Source: Octopus vulgaris (taxonomy: Eukaryota). Taken from it: 64,000 nt of DNA. The stretch covers positions 14,508,001-14,572,000 of the forward strand of contig OX597817.1 in assembly GCA_951406725.2 (NCBI GenBank), in the 5' to 3' direction. The position numbers and the translations under genes were made by a program. The notes beneath the pieces were generated by a model. It was not told the DNA's origin. It made no database searches and was given only the letters and a program-made list of their open reading frames with translations. Below, piece after piece: positions 27,210-40,607 of the stretch; the stretch's first letter is position 1; every line of letters starts with the position of its first letter.

Positions 27210-27262
27210 CAGTAGTAGTAGTAGCAGTAGTAGTAGTAGTAATGGTGATGATGATGAGGATG
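27030..27262. repeat. (ATT)n(AGT)n microsatellite
   Basis: Read directly. Confidence 0.95.
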
Positions 27263-27429
27263 ATATAGCTATTATCGTTTCTCATAGAGACAGTCTCTGA
27301 ATTCTAGAGAAGAAAGAGCTAATTGTAAGAGCCAGGCTTTTCCAAGGTTATTTGCAATGTTGCTGGACCAACTTGAGCAGGAAATACACACAGGCTTGCA
27401 GAGTTGCTTCATTTGCATAAATGCAATGA

Positions 27430-27950
27430 GTTTCGTGGGAGTGTGTAGTTGAGTAAATCAACCCCAGTGTTTGACTGATAGTTCTTTTATCAACCTCAAA
27501 AGCCTGCTTTGAGTCTCAATATGTAACTTAAATACTGCTCAGCATTTTACCCACTGCTGTAATACTTTGAGCACTACAATAATAATAATGATGATGGTTT
27601 CAAATTTTTGGCCGTAAAGTCAGCAGTTTCAGAGGAGAGGGTAAGGTTGATTACATCAACTCCAGTGTTCTTATTTTATCGACCCCGAAAGGATTAAGGA
27701 CAAAGTCAACCTTGGCAGAAATTGAGCTTAGAACATTAAGATGAAATGTTACTAAACATTTCGTCCAGAATGCTAACAATTGTGCCAGCTCACTGTCTTC
27801 TGCTTCTTGATAACAACAATAATAATAATAGTTTCAAATTTTGACACAAGGCCAGCAATTTAGGGGAAGGAGTTAGTCAATTACATTGACCCCAGTATCC
27901 AACTGATAATTATTTTATCAACCCTGGAGGGATGGAAAAGCATGAATGCC
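27430..27950 (-). mobile_element. Cluster of three old SINE B-related copies separated by (AAT)n
   Basis: Repeated CCCCAGTG...TTTTATCRACCC...AAAGTCAACC motifs. Confidence 0.65.
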
Positions 27951-28473
27951 CTCAGAAGGATAATGAAAATAATGATTTTCTTTTTGCTACAAGTGAAATA
28001 ATAATAATATTTGTAAGTACCTATGTAGACATGTTGATTTTGTGAAAAAGTTTTGATGCATTATATTAATGATGATGATAGAGGTCAGTTCTAGAATTCT
28101 TACCCAATAGGCAAATGGAGGTAAGGATCTTATCTAAGAACAGAATGCAATAGCTGCAGATAACTACAAGCACTGTCCAGTGAAAGGAATTCAAGAACTT
28201 ATTCAATCGCCAATTTTACCCATCAATATCTGCTTTACTCATCAACAGATTTCTCCTAATTCTTTAGTTAAAAAATAATAATGTCTGAGTGATCCAACGA
28301 AAAAGATCCAAATGAAATACATTTTGTTATAATAATGAAATATTTTCATTTAACAGATGTCATTCAAATAAAAGACAAATTAAATATAAGCCATATCATC
28401 GTCGCCATCATCACTAAGAATTAATAATACACCCTTTTCTGTATGCATGCATCTGTGTGCAAGAGAGATAGAG

Positions 28474-28508
<35 letters not shown>

Positions 28509-31500
28509 ATTTGTATGCAGTCAAAAATCATCTTTAATTACAAGTAATACTATCAAATGGTTAATGTCAAAATTAGCCTGTCCCAAATTTTTTTTAAATA
28601 AATCATCATCTAGTTATTGTTACTGAAAAGGCTTCTTCTTGAAGACATGTATTGTGTGTGTGTTTGTGTGTGTGCAGTATGAGTGTGTGTGTGTGCATAT
28701 GTGAATCCTTAAATCTCAATCTAAAATAAAAGCTACCCTCCATGCTCTGTGTTTATTTTCCTATTCAGTAGTTATTTTTATTTTCATTTTTCCTTCTTCA
28801 ATATCTGGCTACAGGATTTATATGATATTTTGTACATCAAAACATAACTCGTTAAAGGATATCTAAATTAAGCAATATAGTGATGATGTCGGGTGTGTGA
28901 TTTCAAGGAAACAACAGTAATTATTGTGAAATGTTAAAACATTATTTAACAGTAGATGTATTCGTTCATTTATCCATTTTTTAAATATAATTACATGTTC
29001 ACTAATTTTCTTCTCTTTTTGTTTTTTGTAGGGTACCCCCACCATACTTTATACTTTGATATTTTAAGATATAATAAATATAAATTCTTAGGAAGCAAAG
29101 ATAAAAACAAAGTATAAGAATTAGTTCAATGTTTAATAAAATCTATGGAGCATGTACTAAAAACTTGATTAATTTCACTATAGGTAAGAAATAAATACGC
29201 TTTTCTGATATGTTTTATAACTGAAGTACAATGTGATGCATTCATTGTAGATATGAATATTGAATATATAAGATGTAATCAGAAAGAAAAACAGATGATG
29301 ATACTTGTTTTCTTTCTAAGTATTCATTTAGATTCAATGTATAGAAATTATTTCTTTGAACAACTTGTATCTAATAATAAATTAATAATTTATAACTTCA
29401 CTATAGAAATAATGACTTCTCAAAATATTCTTAGAATAAACAAACAAAAATTAAAATAAGTTTTCATTGGCTGATAATTAAAGACACGCTTTTTAATGAT
29501 TTTTCTTTTTAAAATCATAATTCATTACTATTTAAAGAACACTTACTATGGAAGCATAGTATACAAAAGAATAATATTAAATCGTACAATATATATTTAA
29601 GCTAAAATCTACCAAATATTCTATCAGATGCTAATAACTCAGAACATAATTAATATAGACTGAAGCTTTTTCTGGTCTATCAATCAAACCTATTTTAGTA
29701 ATAATTCTGGCATTTCAAAACAGAAATATGTCCATCTGCTAGAAACATTCATAATAAGTTTGTGTTTTTCATATATGGGAATTTTATATAGGAAGAATTT
29801 AATTCAAAGATTCTTTTAATAGACTAAATTAAGGCAAATCACATCCAAATAGGACTGTGATATATACAAATTATTTTGATATTTAATCTCATTTGGAAAA
29901 TTGGTCTTTTGCTAAAATATAAAAGAGGAATCAGTTTTTGATTTGATATTGCACAAGAGTGTGATATCAAATTTCTGAAATTTTAAAAGTCAGTTGATAA
30001 AATTCTAATAGAATTACTTGCAAATATGCCATCAAGTAGAAAAGTCTTAGTGTTCATGCTTGGTCAAAATAAACCTGCCTTTTATTTAGAAATAAGAACA
30101 CGAAAGAGAGAATAGATCTGTAACTCATACTTCAGGTAATATTTAGCATTATATATATATACTAAAAATGGTAAACACAGATATGAAATAAAGGAAGTTA
30201 TTTTCATATTTAGAAACAAATAATACTGAAGAATACTTACTTTGTTCAATCAAACGGGTAACTAACTAAAATCAAATTCCATTTATCTAAAATTATCTAA
30301 TTTACTTTCATTAATAATCCTAATTTAAATTTCTACATGTTTTTTGATGACTACATCAAAGGAAGTCCTTTTTTCCCTAAATTATTTCTAACATAATCAA
30401 CAAGTTAATTTAATTTTATTAAATTACCAGTTTATTTACTGTAAAACAAACCAAATTTAAATGTGAAGACACAATATGTTGTTATGCAAAGGTATTATAA
30501 ATCTTCCAGTAAAAAATTTAGTATCAAATATATTAGCAAACTTTAAAAAAAAGCTGTATCTAAAGAATAGTGTACTTCTACAAATACAGTTAGATACCAC
30601 AAAACTAAGCAGACAACCATGAGAGTAAAAGACATTTCTAACCTAAAGCACACCCGTAAAATATAGAAAAAGTTTTCACTGAAAACTATGTAGTTGGCTA
30701 AATGTTATTACAAGTTTTGCTTGCTAGCTTTAATATAGTATAGATAGTATAAAACTTTTAAGCAGTCTGAGATAAAATCAATAACAAGGCATAAGCTGGA
30801 ATTATCAAAAAGGTAAATATTAGATGTTCCAATAGAAAATTTTAATAACCTTTAGACTATGTCATGCAAAATTGCTTGAAGAATTTTTTTAGCCTACTAC
30901 CATAGAAAAATGGAAATTCCCCAAAAAAACGAAAAAAGAAAGATGAACAACATCAATCAAAGCACACAATCACAATACTGTCGATATATGAATCCAAGGA
31001 AATAATCAGATGAAATTCAGATGTTAAAAAAAAAAAAAAAAAATTAGGAAGAAAAATGTCTGTGTTTGTTCCTCCTGGCAGAATCCATTATGAAATGGCT
31101 TCCAATAAACCTAATGTTATACAGTGTGACAAATATTTGTCTCAAGGACATTTTAAACTGGTTCTTTTTATTTTCTTTAAAAATAACAACTTTGATATTT
31201 TAAAAATATGTAATGTTAATTCTATGTCGTATTAAATTTTTTATGAGAATAGCTCTTCAATAAGTAATTTAATTTTAGAGGGGCTGTTTTTATTGTTTTT
31301 TTTTTGTTTGTTTTTGTTTTTTTTATCAGAATCTCTAAAGAAACGGTTTTGTTTATAAAGATCATTCTTCTTATAACTGAAATATATTTGCTCATTTTAC
31401 TTATTTTTTACTGGAATCAGTTAGGCTACAATTGAAAAGTCTTTTAAAGTAGTTTTGTCATTAATTGAAATTATCACATAATAATAATAATAATAATAAT

Positions 31501-34500
31501 CTGTTTGAAATGAGTTTCAAAAAAAATAATTTGCTTTAAGTCATGTAACAGTTGTGAGACATTAAATGAATAAGAAAAGAGTTTGCCATAGCAGGAAACT
31601 CATCTTAGAACAGATAAGAAGATCTTAGTCTTCTAGTTTTAAATAGTTTTGTCACATTTAAAACTATAACAGAAAACTAACTTTTTTATTTTCATTTGTA
31701 CTTCTTTACCTCTAACTGGAATAGAATTTTCTCTTATCGCTTATTCACTATAATATAATTTAGTTAAAGTAAAAGGCTTTTCTTTCTTTTTTCCAGATGC
31801 TAAAATTAATAAAGAACAATTTCGCAATTTTTCTCTAAGACTGATTTTTTCTTTTACATCCAAAATTTTTTTACCTAAACTACAACTATTTTTTTATGAA
31901 ATTCAAATAACGAGTCATTTTTTTTTATGTTTAAATTGTTTTTACTGAAGTAGGAATATATATATTTTTTATGTCTAAATTGTTTTTACTAAAGTAAGAA
32001 TATATCACTATTTACTGTAACATAATGTTATGTAGATTTAAACAATATTAAAAAATTGGTATTTTTACCTTGACACAAACCATAGATTTTTAGAGAATTA
32101 TAAATGATGTAACCAACATTTAATTTATTACTGGTACTTATTTTATTGACCCCAGCAGAATTTTAATTCAGTCTGTAAAGGGACGTAACTAAACATCGGA
32201 CGGTATTTAGTCAGGCACTCTACTAATTCTGCCATTCACTGTCCTAAATAAAACTTAAAACATTGTCATCAGACGAATCTGAAGCAAATATCTCAGATTT
32301 TTGTTTTCTCCCCTACCATAATTTTGGCATCACTTTTAACAAAATTCCAGAGAAATAGTTATCACCTGTGATACTTGTATCAGTTTACTACTAAGTTAAA
32401 AATAATATTATTTTCATTTTCATAAAACTAAAACTTCAAATTAGTCTTATTCGAAAGTTTAATATCTTAGAAATTTTTAAAAGATATTTTATCTTGGTTG
32501 TATTAAACGAAATCAGTTCAGAACTTTGGATGCTCTCTATGTACTTTAAAGAACGTATTACATTGTGAAAATTATTTAGGGTATATTTGTTAATTTCTTC
32601 AACAGAAGTAATCTTATTTTGTCATTAATACTTAAGATGAATGCTAGCCATTATCTTTATTGTTGTATTCATGATAAAAAGTACAACACTGTAAAAGTCT
32701 TAAATTCGTTTTGTACCAACTAACAAGCTAAATTGCTCTTCTTGTTTTATCCAAAAATCATTTTCAGAACACTAATACGATATAATCTATATTTTTGTTA
32801 TTGTATAAGAAACTTGAGGCATCTTGTTTTTAATTAATTAAATTTAATCTTTTCTAGTACTTTTGAATTAAATTCAGACATTGAATAATTTAGGTTTAAA
32901 TGCAATTTAATTATGTTTACATTTCATAGACAGAAGAAAATGGAAAAATAGATTGGAAAGAAAAACTCTATGGACCAAGTTTTGTTTTGTTTTGTTTGGA
33001 AAATGAGATGAGTAAAAATCAAAGAAATAAAATTTTTTTAAAGTAATTTTCAATGTTTTTATTCCAGAATAATAATTTTAAAAGAAGCCAGCAATTTTGT
33101 TGTATAAAATTAGTACATTTTCTTATTGAAACATCTATGAAAAAAAAAAGTTATTTCTCTATCTAAAAGCAGCTTGTTTTTTCATTTTTTGTTTTTTGGA
33201 AAATTACTAATGGATATTGATACTTTTTAAAAGGAATAAATACTTTAAACTAAATAACCAAATATTATTTCTGAGATTTTGCAGGCCAACATACATACAT
33301 CATATACAATCATACATACTCAAGTAAATAATAATTTTTTTAAAAATTTAAATTTGTATTTTTTTCTTTTTGTCACAAGTCTTAGAATATTTAATTCATA
33401 TCATTTATATAAAGACAGACATGTGCATGTGATTGTATATAGCATGTTCATGCATGCATCTGTATGTTTATATGTGTATGAATGTGTGTTTGTATGTGTG
33501 TGTGGACACGTGCATGTGTGTGCGAGTGTATACACAATGATTTAAACTCCCATTCTAGAGTGTATATTTATATGCACTTTCTTGGAACAATTTCATTCAA
33601 ATCAAAAATAGCTATATGAAGGAAATGACAACCATTGTTTCGTATTATTCCTCATCTACAGAGCTATGTCTCTTATAAATAGAAATATAATATCCGGAAG
33701 TTTGAGAGGATAATTAAGCAAGGCATTAACATGCAGGCACTTATTCATTATCTATTCTGAGTTCATGAGATTAAATGGGAAACCTAATATGTCATACAAA
33801 ATTGCTTTGGTCTAAATAGTTTACAATAAATCACCTGGAGAGAAATGGGCTCAGCTTGGTTGTGAAACCCATAAAATATCACCTCAGCAGAGGATGCAGT
33901 AACCATCTAATAAACAAAAAGGGAAAAAAAAAGTCCAATATTGTAATTCTTTTTTTTTGATTCTATATTAATAGTCTTGCAGAGATTTTGAAGGTTGCAG
34001 TACGCATCATTAAAATCAGCTGTAAATGGTTAATGATTGCTCACTTTCACAAACTGTTCTGATCTCTGTGTAAATTAAAGCCTAAAATCCTAACTAATGA
34101 GTTGAAGAGAAAGAAAAGGAGAAATGAAGGGGGAAAAAAAGGGGAGAGTAAAAATGTCCACAGTCAGTACAACAAATCAATAATGGCATACAGAATATTC
34201 CTATTAAAATGCACTAACCATTTCAGTTTTAAGAGAAGTGTTTCAATGTATTATGTCAACATTGATTTCAGTAAGGAATGAATATCTGTATTGATAGAAG
34301 AAGAAGAAGAAAAAAAAGAGGAAATTTCATCTATGAATGTCAGCTGTCAATATTGTAGGGAATGATTATATAGAAGTGAAAAGGGGAAGGGTAGATTTTA
34401 CATCATGAATGTTCACATTACCAGTCCTTGTCATTAAAAAAAAGTGGCTAAAAAAATTTAGTAATTATAAAGAACTGAAGAAAGAAAAACGAATAAATGT

Positions 34501-36395
34501 TTATTATTATTATTATTATTATTATTATTTTGCTTTTTAACTTTGAAATAGTAATTTCTTTTTATCTAGGCACATTGCCAATTTGAGAAAAGGGAAGGGG
34601 TAATTAATAGACCAACCAATGTATTCACAGTATGTGACTGGTACTTATTTTAATGAACCCTGGAGAGATGAAAGGCAATGTCGACCCCAGCAGGATTTGA
34701 AACCAGAAATCAGAGGAACAAAACTAAACACTGAAAGGCTTTACTATTTCTACCAAATCCTGCCCTTGTAACGTTTAAATACTGAAACCAGTTAATAGAA
34801 TTAATCTAATAAAATGGTTTAGAAATTTTTTTTAAATATCAACTTATAATTAAACTTGATCAAATTGGTTTTATCCAAGTTAGAAGTAGAATATTTCCCC
34901 CAAAATATCAATAGAGAATCATACAAAAAAATAATAGATACCAAAGAAGAGTATATAAGAATTTAGGACTGTAAAGCAAGGGTTAGCAGAAGAATTAAAC
35001 CACAATTTAGCTATATTATATAGAACCCATCGATGTAGAATGATAAATGGAGACAGACAAAAGAGTACAAAGTACAATTAAAAGATACAACCATTTTCAG
35101 AAGAATAGTATTAAAAAAGGTAGCTTGTGCAAAACTTCCATTGCTACAAATACTAATTTTAAAAAAACATAGGGAAGACAAGATTGGAAAATTATGGTAA
35201 ATTAGAAAATTTTAAATCATAAAAAGTGTAGAAAAATCTAATTTGTTTTTCTTTCTTTGATTTTTTTCATTTTTTGCAGAAATGTATTCTAAAGACACTT
35301 AATGGTAATATTCAAAGTCTAAATAAGGATCTACAAAAAGTAATTAAATTTCAGTTTCCTAATACAGATGTGATTAAAAGAAAAAGAAGAAATATAAAAA
35401 TGAAACCCTCAAACTATTACAAAGACAAAATGTCTGAATTAAGATGCCTGGCGTAGCTACCAATATGTATACACTTTGTGTGCATTTATATCTGAAGCCT
35501 AAGAAAACAGTAAACTTTGAATAGCAATTTGACTTTGTATTTTTTTTAAAAAAAAGCTTTCCTTAACCTGAACAAGAAAAAAAATGGCTTATGTATTGAC
35601 TAAACCAAGCTGGTTGATGCGATCACAAAAATAAATTAGTGTCACATTGTTGAACATTCAATTTAGGAGAAAAATACAACACTCTGAATAAATTTTATCA
35701 AAATCTTGTAAAAATTTGAAGTAGTCTAAGTGTTGTAGACAAGAATTTAATATATGGAGTTAATTTCCAAAGTTCTTTAACAGTTACTATCTAATCAGTA
35801 AAAGTAAAATAAAACAAGGCTTTCAAACAACTATTTACTCAATGATCCCTTTTTTCCACTAAAAATTATATATATAGATAGATGTATACATATACATAGA
35901 ACTGTTATTTTGCCATTTTCCTATAGCATTTTCTCAAGCAAGAAACAAACCAATTGAAATTGCTTTTTTATTTTCAAATTACTTTATTGGAACAATTTCT
36001 TTGACATCTAAGTTTTATTTATATTATAATATGCATAACTATTATCCTTTTCCTTATTGTTACATTATTATATTACCTTAGACATCAGTAGTTAAATAAA
36101 CAAAAACAAAATCATTAAATATAACAAAGAAAATTTTTCATATGAGAATGGAGAAAAAGATTTTTTTAAAGTGTAGAGGCCACCATATATGTTGAATATT
36201 TCGATATAATCATGATTTTTTTGGCTAATAATAGAATAAAATATTTATTATAATGTTAGCCATTATTTCACAGACAAAAGAAAAGTTTTTAATTAATATT
36301 TCATGATTTTCTTTTTTAATTTGTGCTAACAACTTTATCTATTTGTAAAGAAGAAGATAAAGAGGCAATTCTGGGAATGGTAACATAGTTATAGG

Positions 36396-36525
36396 CTACT
36401 TCTTACGCATGAAGATATTAGGAATGTGAGCCTTTGAAGTTGTATCTTTGATTTTGCTCATTACTCTTGCTCTGACATCCTCAGTATTTCCACCAGGGGT
36501 CGGAGATACTGACTGACTAGGACTC
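36396..36525 (-). CDS. RELCH: RELCH terminal coding exon: SPSQSVSPTPGGNTEDVRARVMSKIKDTTSKAHIPNIFMRKK*
   Basis: Long polypyrimidine tract then ttttag|G. 130 nt ending in TAG at 36396-36398. The C-terminus NIFMRKK resembles RELCH NVFQRKK. Confidence 0.9.
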
Positions 36526-36821
36526 CTAAAACAAAAAGAAAAGAGAAAAAAGGAAAAAAGAAAAAATTACATATTTTCCTACATTTGAAATACCTTTCAA
36601 CAAAACTCAAAATTGAATTAAGTCAGATTATCTTTATGTGAAAGTAATAACTTCTTTGCAAATTACAGCTTTTCTGTTGTTGTATTTTAGCAATAGAAAA
36701 TCAAAATAAATAAATTAGTTAAAAAAAAAAAACTTTGGATATTCAATAGAATGCTTTGAACATTTAAAGCCAGCAGAATGTTTTAGCAGTTGCAAGTTTT
36801 TTTATACATAGGTTTAGCAAC

Positions 36822-36930
36822 CACAATAATACATTTATAACACAATCATACATTTATAACACAATAATACATTTATAACACAATAATACATTTATAACAC
36901 AATCATACATTTATAACACAATCATACATT
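36822..36930. repeat. 19-bp tandem repeat CACAATMATACATTTATAA, about 5.7 copies, in the last RELCH intron
   Basis: Read directly. Confidence 0.9.
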
Positions 36931-37512
36931 TTGGGTGGATAACTGATAAAACAAAATTAATTTTCCAAAAGTATAAAACAAAATTACAAAGTAACTAAAT
37001 GATTGAAGATTGAAAAAGGTTCTAATAAAATATAAACTGATAAATTAGTACCTCCTAACACAGAAGAATGTCAAACAAAAGAAAAGAAAAAGCTATGAGT
37101 ATCAGTAAGCAAACTAGTAAATATGTTGTTACATACAGAAAGCTACAGAAAGTTCAATCATAATTTTATTGTTTTTATTAAGAATTAATAGTATGAGTAT
37201 GATTGTTAAGAAAGGTAGCCTCTAGTAATGATTGTGAAAGTTAGAAAAGGATCAAGAGAAAAATCAAACTACAATGCAACTAGATGAAAGTATTTTATTA
37301 GCATATGTAAAGTACCTCACAATCACCAGTTTTTAACCTAATGTGATAGATAATCAATTTATTCCTTTTATGTATTCAAAGGGATATGTGTTCAATTGAC
37401 TTCAATGGAAGGATACATGAGAGTTGTACCATCCAAATCTTTCTCAAACAGTGACATAATTGAAGTACAATTATTCCAGTTATTAATCAAGAATAAATAA
37501 CATGAAATATAG

Positions 37513-37674
37513 GAGCAGGCATGGTTGTGTGGCAAGAAGCTTGCTTCACAACCACATGGTTCTGAGTTCAGTTCCACTGCATGAAACATTGGGCAAGTGT
37601 CTTCTACTATAGCCTTGGGCTGACCAAAGCCACGTTAGTGGATTTGGTACACAGAAACTGAAAGAAGCCTGTCG

Positions 37675-37709
<35 letters not shown>

Positions 37710-37940
37710 ATGAATGTGTTTGTCTTTGTTTATCCCCCCATCACCACTTGACAACCAGTGTTGGTGTGTTTACATCCCCATAACTTGGCCAAAGAGACAG
37801 ATAGAATAAGTACTAAGCTTTAAAAAGAAAAAAAAAACAAGTAAGTTCTGGGGTTGATTTGTTCAACTAAAAAAAAAAAAACTCTACGAGGCAGTGCTCC
37901 AGTATGGCCACAATCAAATGACTGAAACAAATAAAAGAAT
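37513..37940 (+). mobile_element. SINE A, older copy in a RELCH intron
   Basis: Head, internal (TG)n and tail are all recognisable. Confidence 0.8.
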
Positions 37941-38864
37941 CAAAAAATAAAATATATAAAATCTTTGAAAAAACTTGTTCATCCATAATAAAAACATTAA
38001 TGAGTATGTCAAAAAAAAAAAAAGGAAAAAAAAAACACGTATAATGAGTATATAATGAGAGAAAGTAAGTAAATTCTGCTATATAGAGACCAAAAGTTAA
38101 CAATGGAAGACTATTCCTCCTACCAAAATGGCACATCTCTTTCAGTCATTGATTTTCTCCACTATATCCAAAATAACACTATTCTCTTTGCAAGCAAACT
38201 GTCTCTAACTGATAAGCTCTGGTTCCTAACAAGTCATGTCTTCTTGTTCATATTTCCAACATATACCATAATGGTTACTGATCTGTAAAACATTCTGGCT
38301 TCATTTTAGCCACAGAGATCACGCAGCACATATTGTTTCACTTACCATTAAATCTATATTTTATCTCCTACAGAACTTATTCAAGTAAACACTCTTTACT
38401 TACACATGGCTTCCTTCCAAAACTAAGATCACAAACGTTCATTCAAACAATACTTCTGACCATATTACACTAACCCAGCTCTATTGTAATACTTCACTAT
38501 CCTAGCATTCATAGAAAGATCTCCAAAATACTAAGAAATTAGCTGGCTGCAGCTGCAAGAATATATTTGTATCAAATCAAAAAATGTTCTTATAATTGCC
38601 TTGTTATCGAGCTATTGTGATCTCTCTCTCACACACACACACCCAATACTCGCTTTGACTTTATTATTTATAATAACAATATTACATATGATTAGATATC
38701 AAAATTTTCCAGTGTACAACTACAAACTGATTATTAACACTTTACTCCATTACATATGATAAAGTCAATTGTTGGCCAGCTCTTATAGAAGACTATATTT
38801 TCAAGAAATACAACACATGAAAACATTGGAATTGTGACAACATAGATTATGACATAACACTTAC

Positions 38865-39018
38865 CTTTCTAAAGATTTTGATGCATCTAGCTTTGCTTCA
38901 TATTCTTTGATCATAGAACTCATCACCTCCTCTCTCTCGGGAGCAAGCTGTGATAAGTCTTGGCGAAGGTACCGTAATCCAGGTAGCATGGCTTCCTGCA
39001 CCAACTGATCATTGATGA
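38865..39018 (-). CDS. RELCH: RELCH coding exon, penultimate: (F)INDQLVQEAMLPGLRYLRQDLSQLAPEREEVMSSMIKEYEAKLDASKSLE(R)
   Basis: 154 nt. Phase is compatible with both neighbours (T|TC = Phe, AG|G = Arg). Donor AG|GTAAGT. Resembles RELCH FISEDLMVNHFLPGLRCLRTDMEHLSPEHEVILSSMIKE. Confidence 0.93.
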
Positions 39019-39905
39019 CTAGTTTGTAATTAAGGATTTAATAGACATTATTAAATTCATGGAGATTTTCAACAATCCTCAATCCTTCTATATCTCACAC
39101 ATATTGAACATTTTCTTTTAACATCTAAGCATAAAAGCCAACAAACGCCTGATGTCACAGATCTTTTTATTTGTTTCTTTATTTCTGCGATTTTACTACT
39201 AAGGAACACATCTAGAGACTATGAAAATAAGAAATGTATACTACTTGAAAACCCTATAATGCCAGTCTAATTTACAATGCAATCAGAGACCACATAGTGA
39301 TCTCTAACTGCATATAATAATAATATCTTACACTTGATAAAAGTCCAGAAATTTGTAAAAACATGGTTTAATAGATTAAACTAATTTTAATACATGCTAA
39401 TTTTAAATTAATTTTAATACATTTAGTATTTATTTTCTTGATTTCAGACAGATAAAAAGATAAGGCCAACCACAGCAGGATTTGAACTCAGAATACAGAG
39501 GAGCAAGACTAAATAGTATAAATAATGATTATTAATGACAGAAGCAGTATTAATACCAAAAGTTAATATTTATCCCCACTTAAAAGTGGATGTTGTGTTA
39601 GAACACAGAATACTGTGATAGTTACCATGAGAGAACCTCTCATATGGTCTTTTGGTGCATATAAGCACTCTTGAGTATATTGCTAGTGATAAACAAGAGT
39701 GCTTTAGATGCACTTTTAAGTAGGGATAAATATTAACTTTTAATATAAGTAATTTAGTCTGATGTTTTGCAGTTTTTGTGAAACTACTAGCTTAATATTA
39801 TAAAAGCAACAACAATAAGAAACATAAAAACAACAACAGTATTTTTTTCATAAAACAATAGGTGATGGTCATTATATTAAGAAATCATAAACAAAGAAAG
39901 GATAC
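39019..39905 (-). other. U12-type (minor spliceosome) GT-AG intron of RELCH, 887 nt
   Basis: 5' splice site GTATCCTTT is the U12 consensus. Branch site TCCTTAAT at 39036-39029 ends 10 nt before the exon. There is no polypyrimidine tract. Confidence 0.9.
39558..39741. mobile_element. Unclassified MITE-like foldback inside the U12 intron
   Basis: TIRs of about 31 bp: AAAAGTTAATATTTATCCCCACTTAAAAGTG / CACTTTTAAGTAGGGATAAATATTAACTTTT. Confidence 0.75.
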
Positions 39906-40022
39906 AGCAACAAGACATGGCGCTGTAGGCCTCAAAAAGCTGCAGAGCAACATCGGTCTTTTTGATTTCGTTAGTTAAACTGTTATTAGCAAGAGCCATG
40001 GCAGCCAGGCGTGGGAGCACAA
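39906..40022 (-). CDS. RELCH: RELCH/KIAA1468 coding exon, third from last: (F)VLPRLAAMALANNSLTNEIKKTDVALQLFEAYSAMSCC
   Basis: Acceptor ctttctttccag|TT at 40023/40022. 117 nt open, phase 1 to phase 1. Peptide resembles vertebrate RELCH ...VIPHLHKLALVNN...DIATHLFEAYSALSCC (recalled, not searched). Donor is GTATCCTTT. Confidence 0.93.
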
Positions 40023-40106
40023 CTGGAAAGAAAGAAAGAGAGACAGCGATATAAAGAAGATGCTTCAATTTAAAATATCTTTTGACACTGAATTAAAACT
40101 GATTAA

Positions 40107-40326
40107 CCCTTTCGTTACCAACCCAACTGAAACCGGCTCTGGTTCTGAGTACAAATGTCTTGTTTTCATAAGTTTTCAGTTAAAATCTTCCACAAAACCT
40201 TGGTCACAATTTATGTTCCTAACATTAGCTTAATGATAACTAAGTTATTTTACTAAAGTCTTTGTTATATTTAAAGTAATTGAAAGAAACACAGAACATC
40301 TCAAAATAAATACAGTAACGAAAGGG
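40107..40326. mobile_element. piggyBac-like MITE, 220 bp
   Basis: Perfect 12-bp TIRs CCCTTTCGTTAC / GTAACGAAAGGG with TTAA on both sides. Confidence 0.88.
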
Positions 40327-40607
40327 TTAACATCTCTAACAACATACCACGTAAAATGTAAAGTATGCCACCCCACATGACTTAACATTAATTTCAGTCA
40401 GATATAGAGCATACCTTTAACAATATTATTTATGTGTGGGTGTGTGTACATATATACATACACATACATATACACATATAAATATGCACATACATATATA
40501 CGCAAAAAAAAAAAATATATATATATAGATAGACAGACAGACAGACACACACACACACACACATGCACACACACATGCACACACACACACATATATATGT
40601 ATATATA

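Larger units (their letters stand above)
21177..36395 (-). other. Candidate very long 3' UTR of RELCH (up to about 15 kb)
   Basis: AT-rich sequence downstream of the stop codon, with only a few old SINE relics. AATAAA on the minus strand at 21177-21182 has a U/GU-rich element about 50 nt downstream. There is no transcript evidence here. Confidence 0.45.

Noticed and set aside
31920-32005. Direct duplication of about 44 bp
   Set aside because: Ordinary slippage duplication in AT-rich DNA with no further structure.
39877-40068. ORF-track 63-aa ORF as a standalone gene
   Set aside because: Only 39906-40022 is coding (a RELCH exon); the rest is intron.
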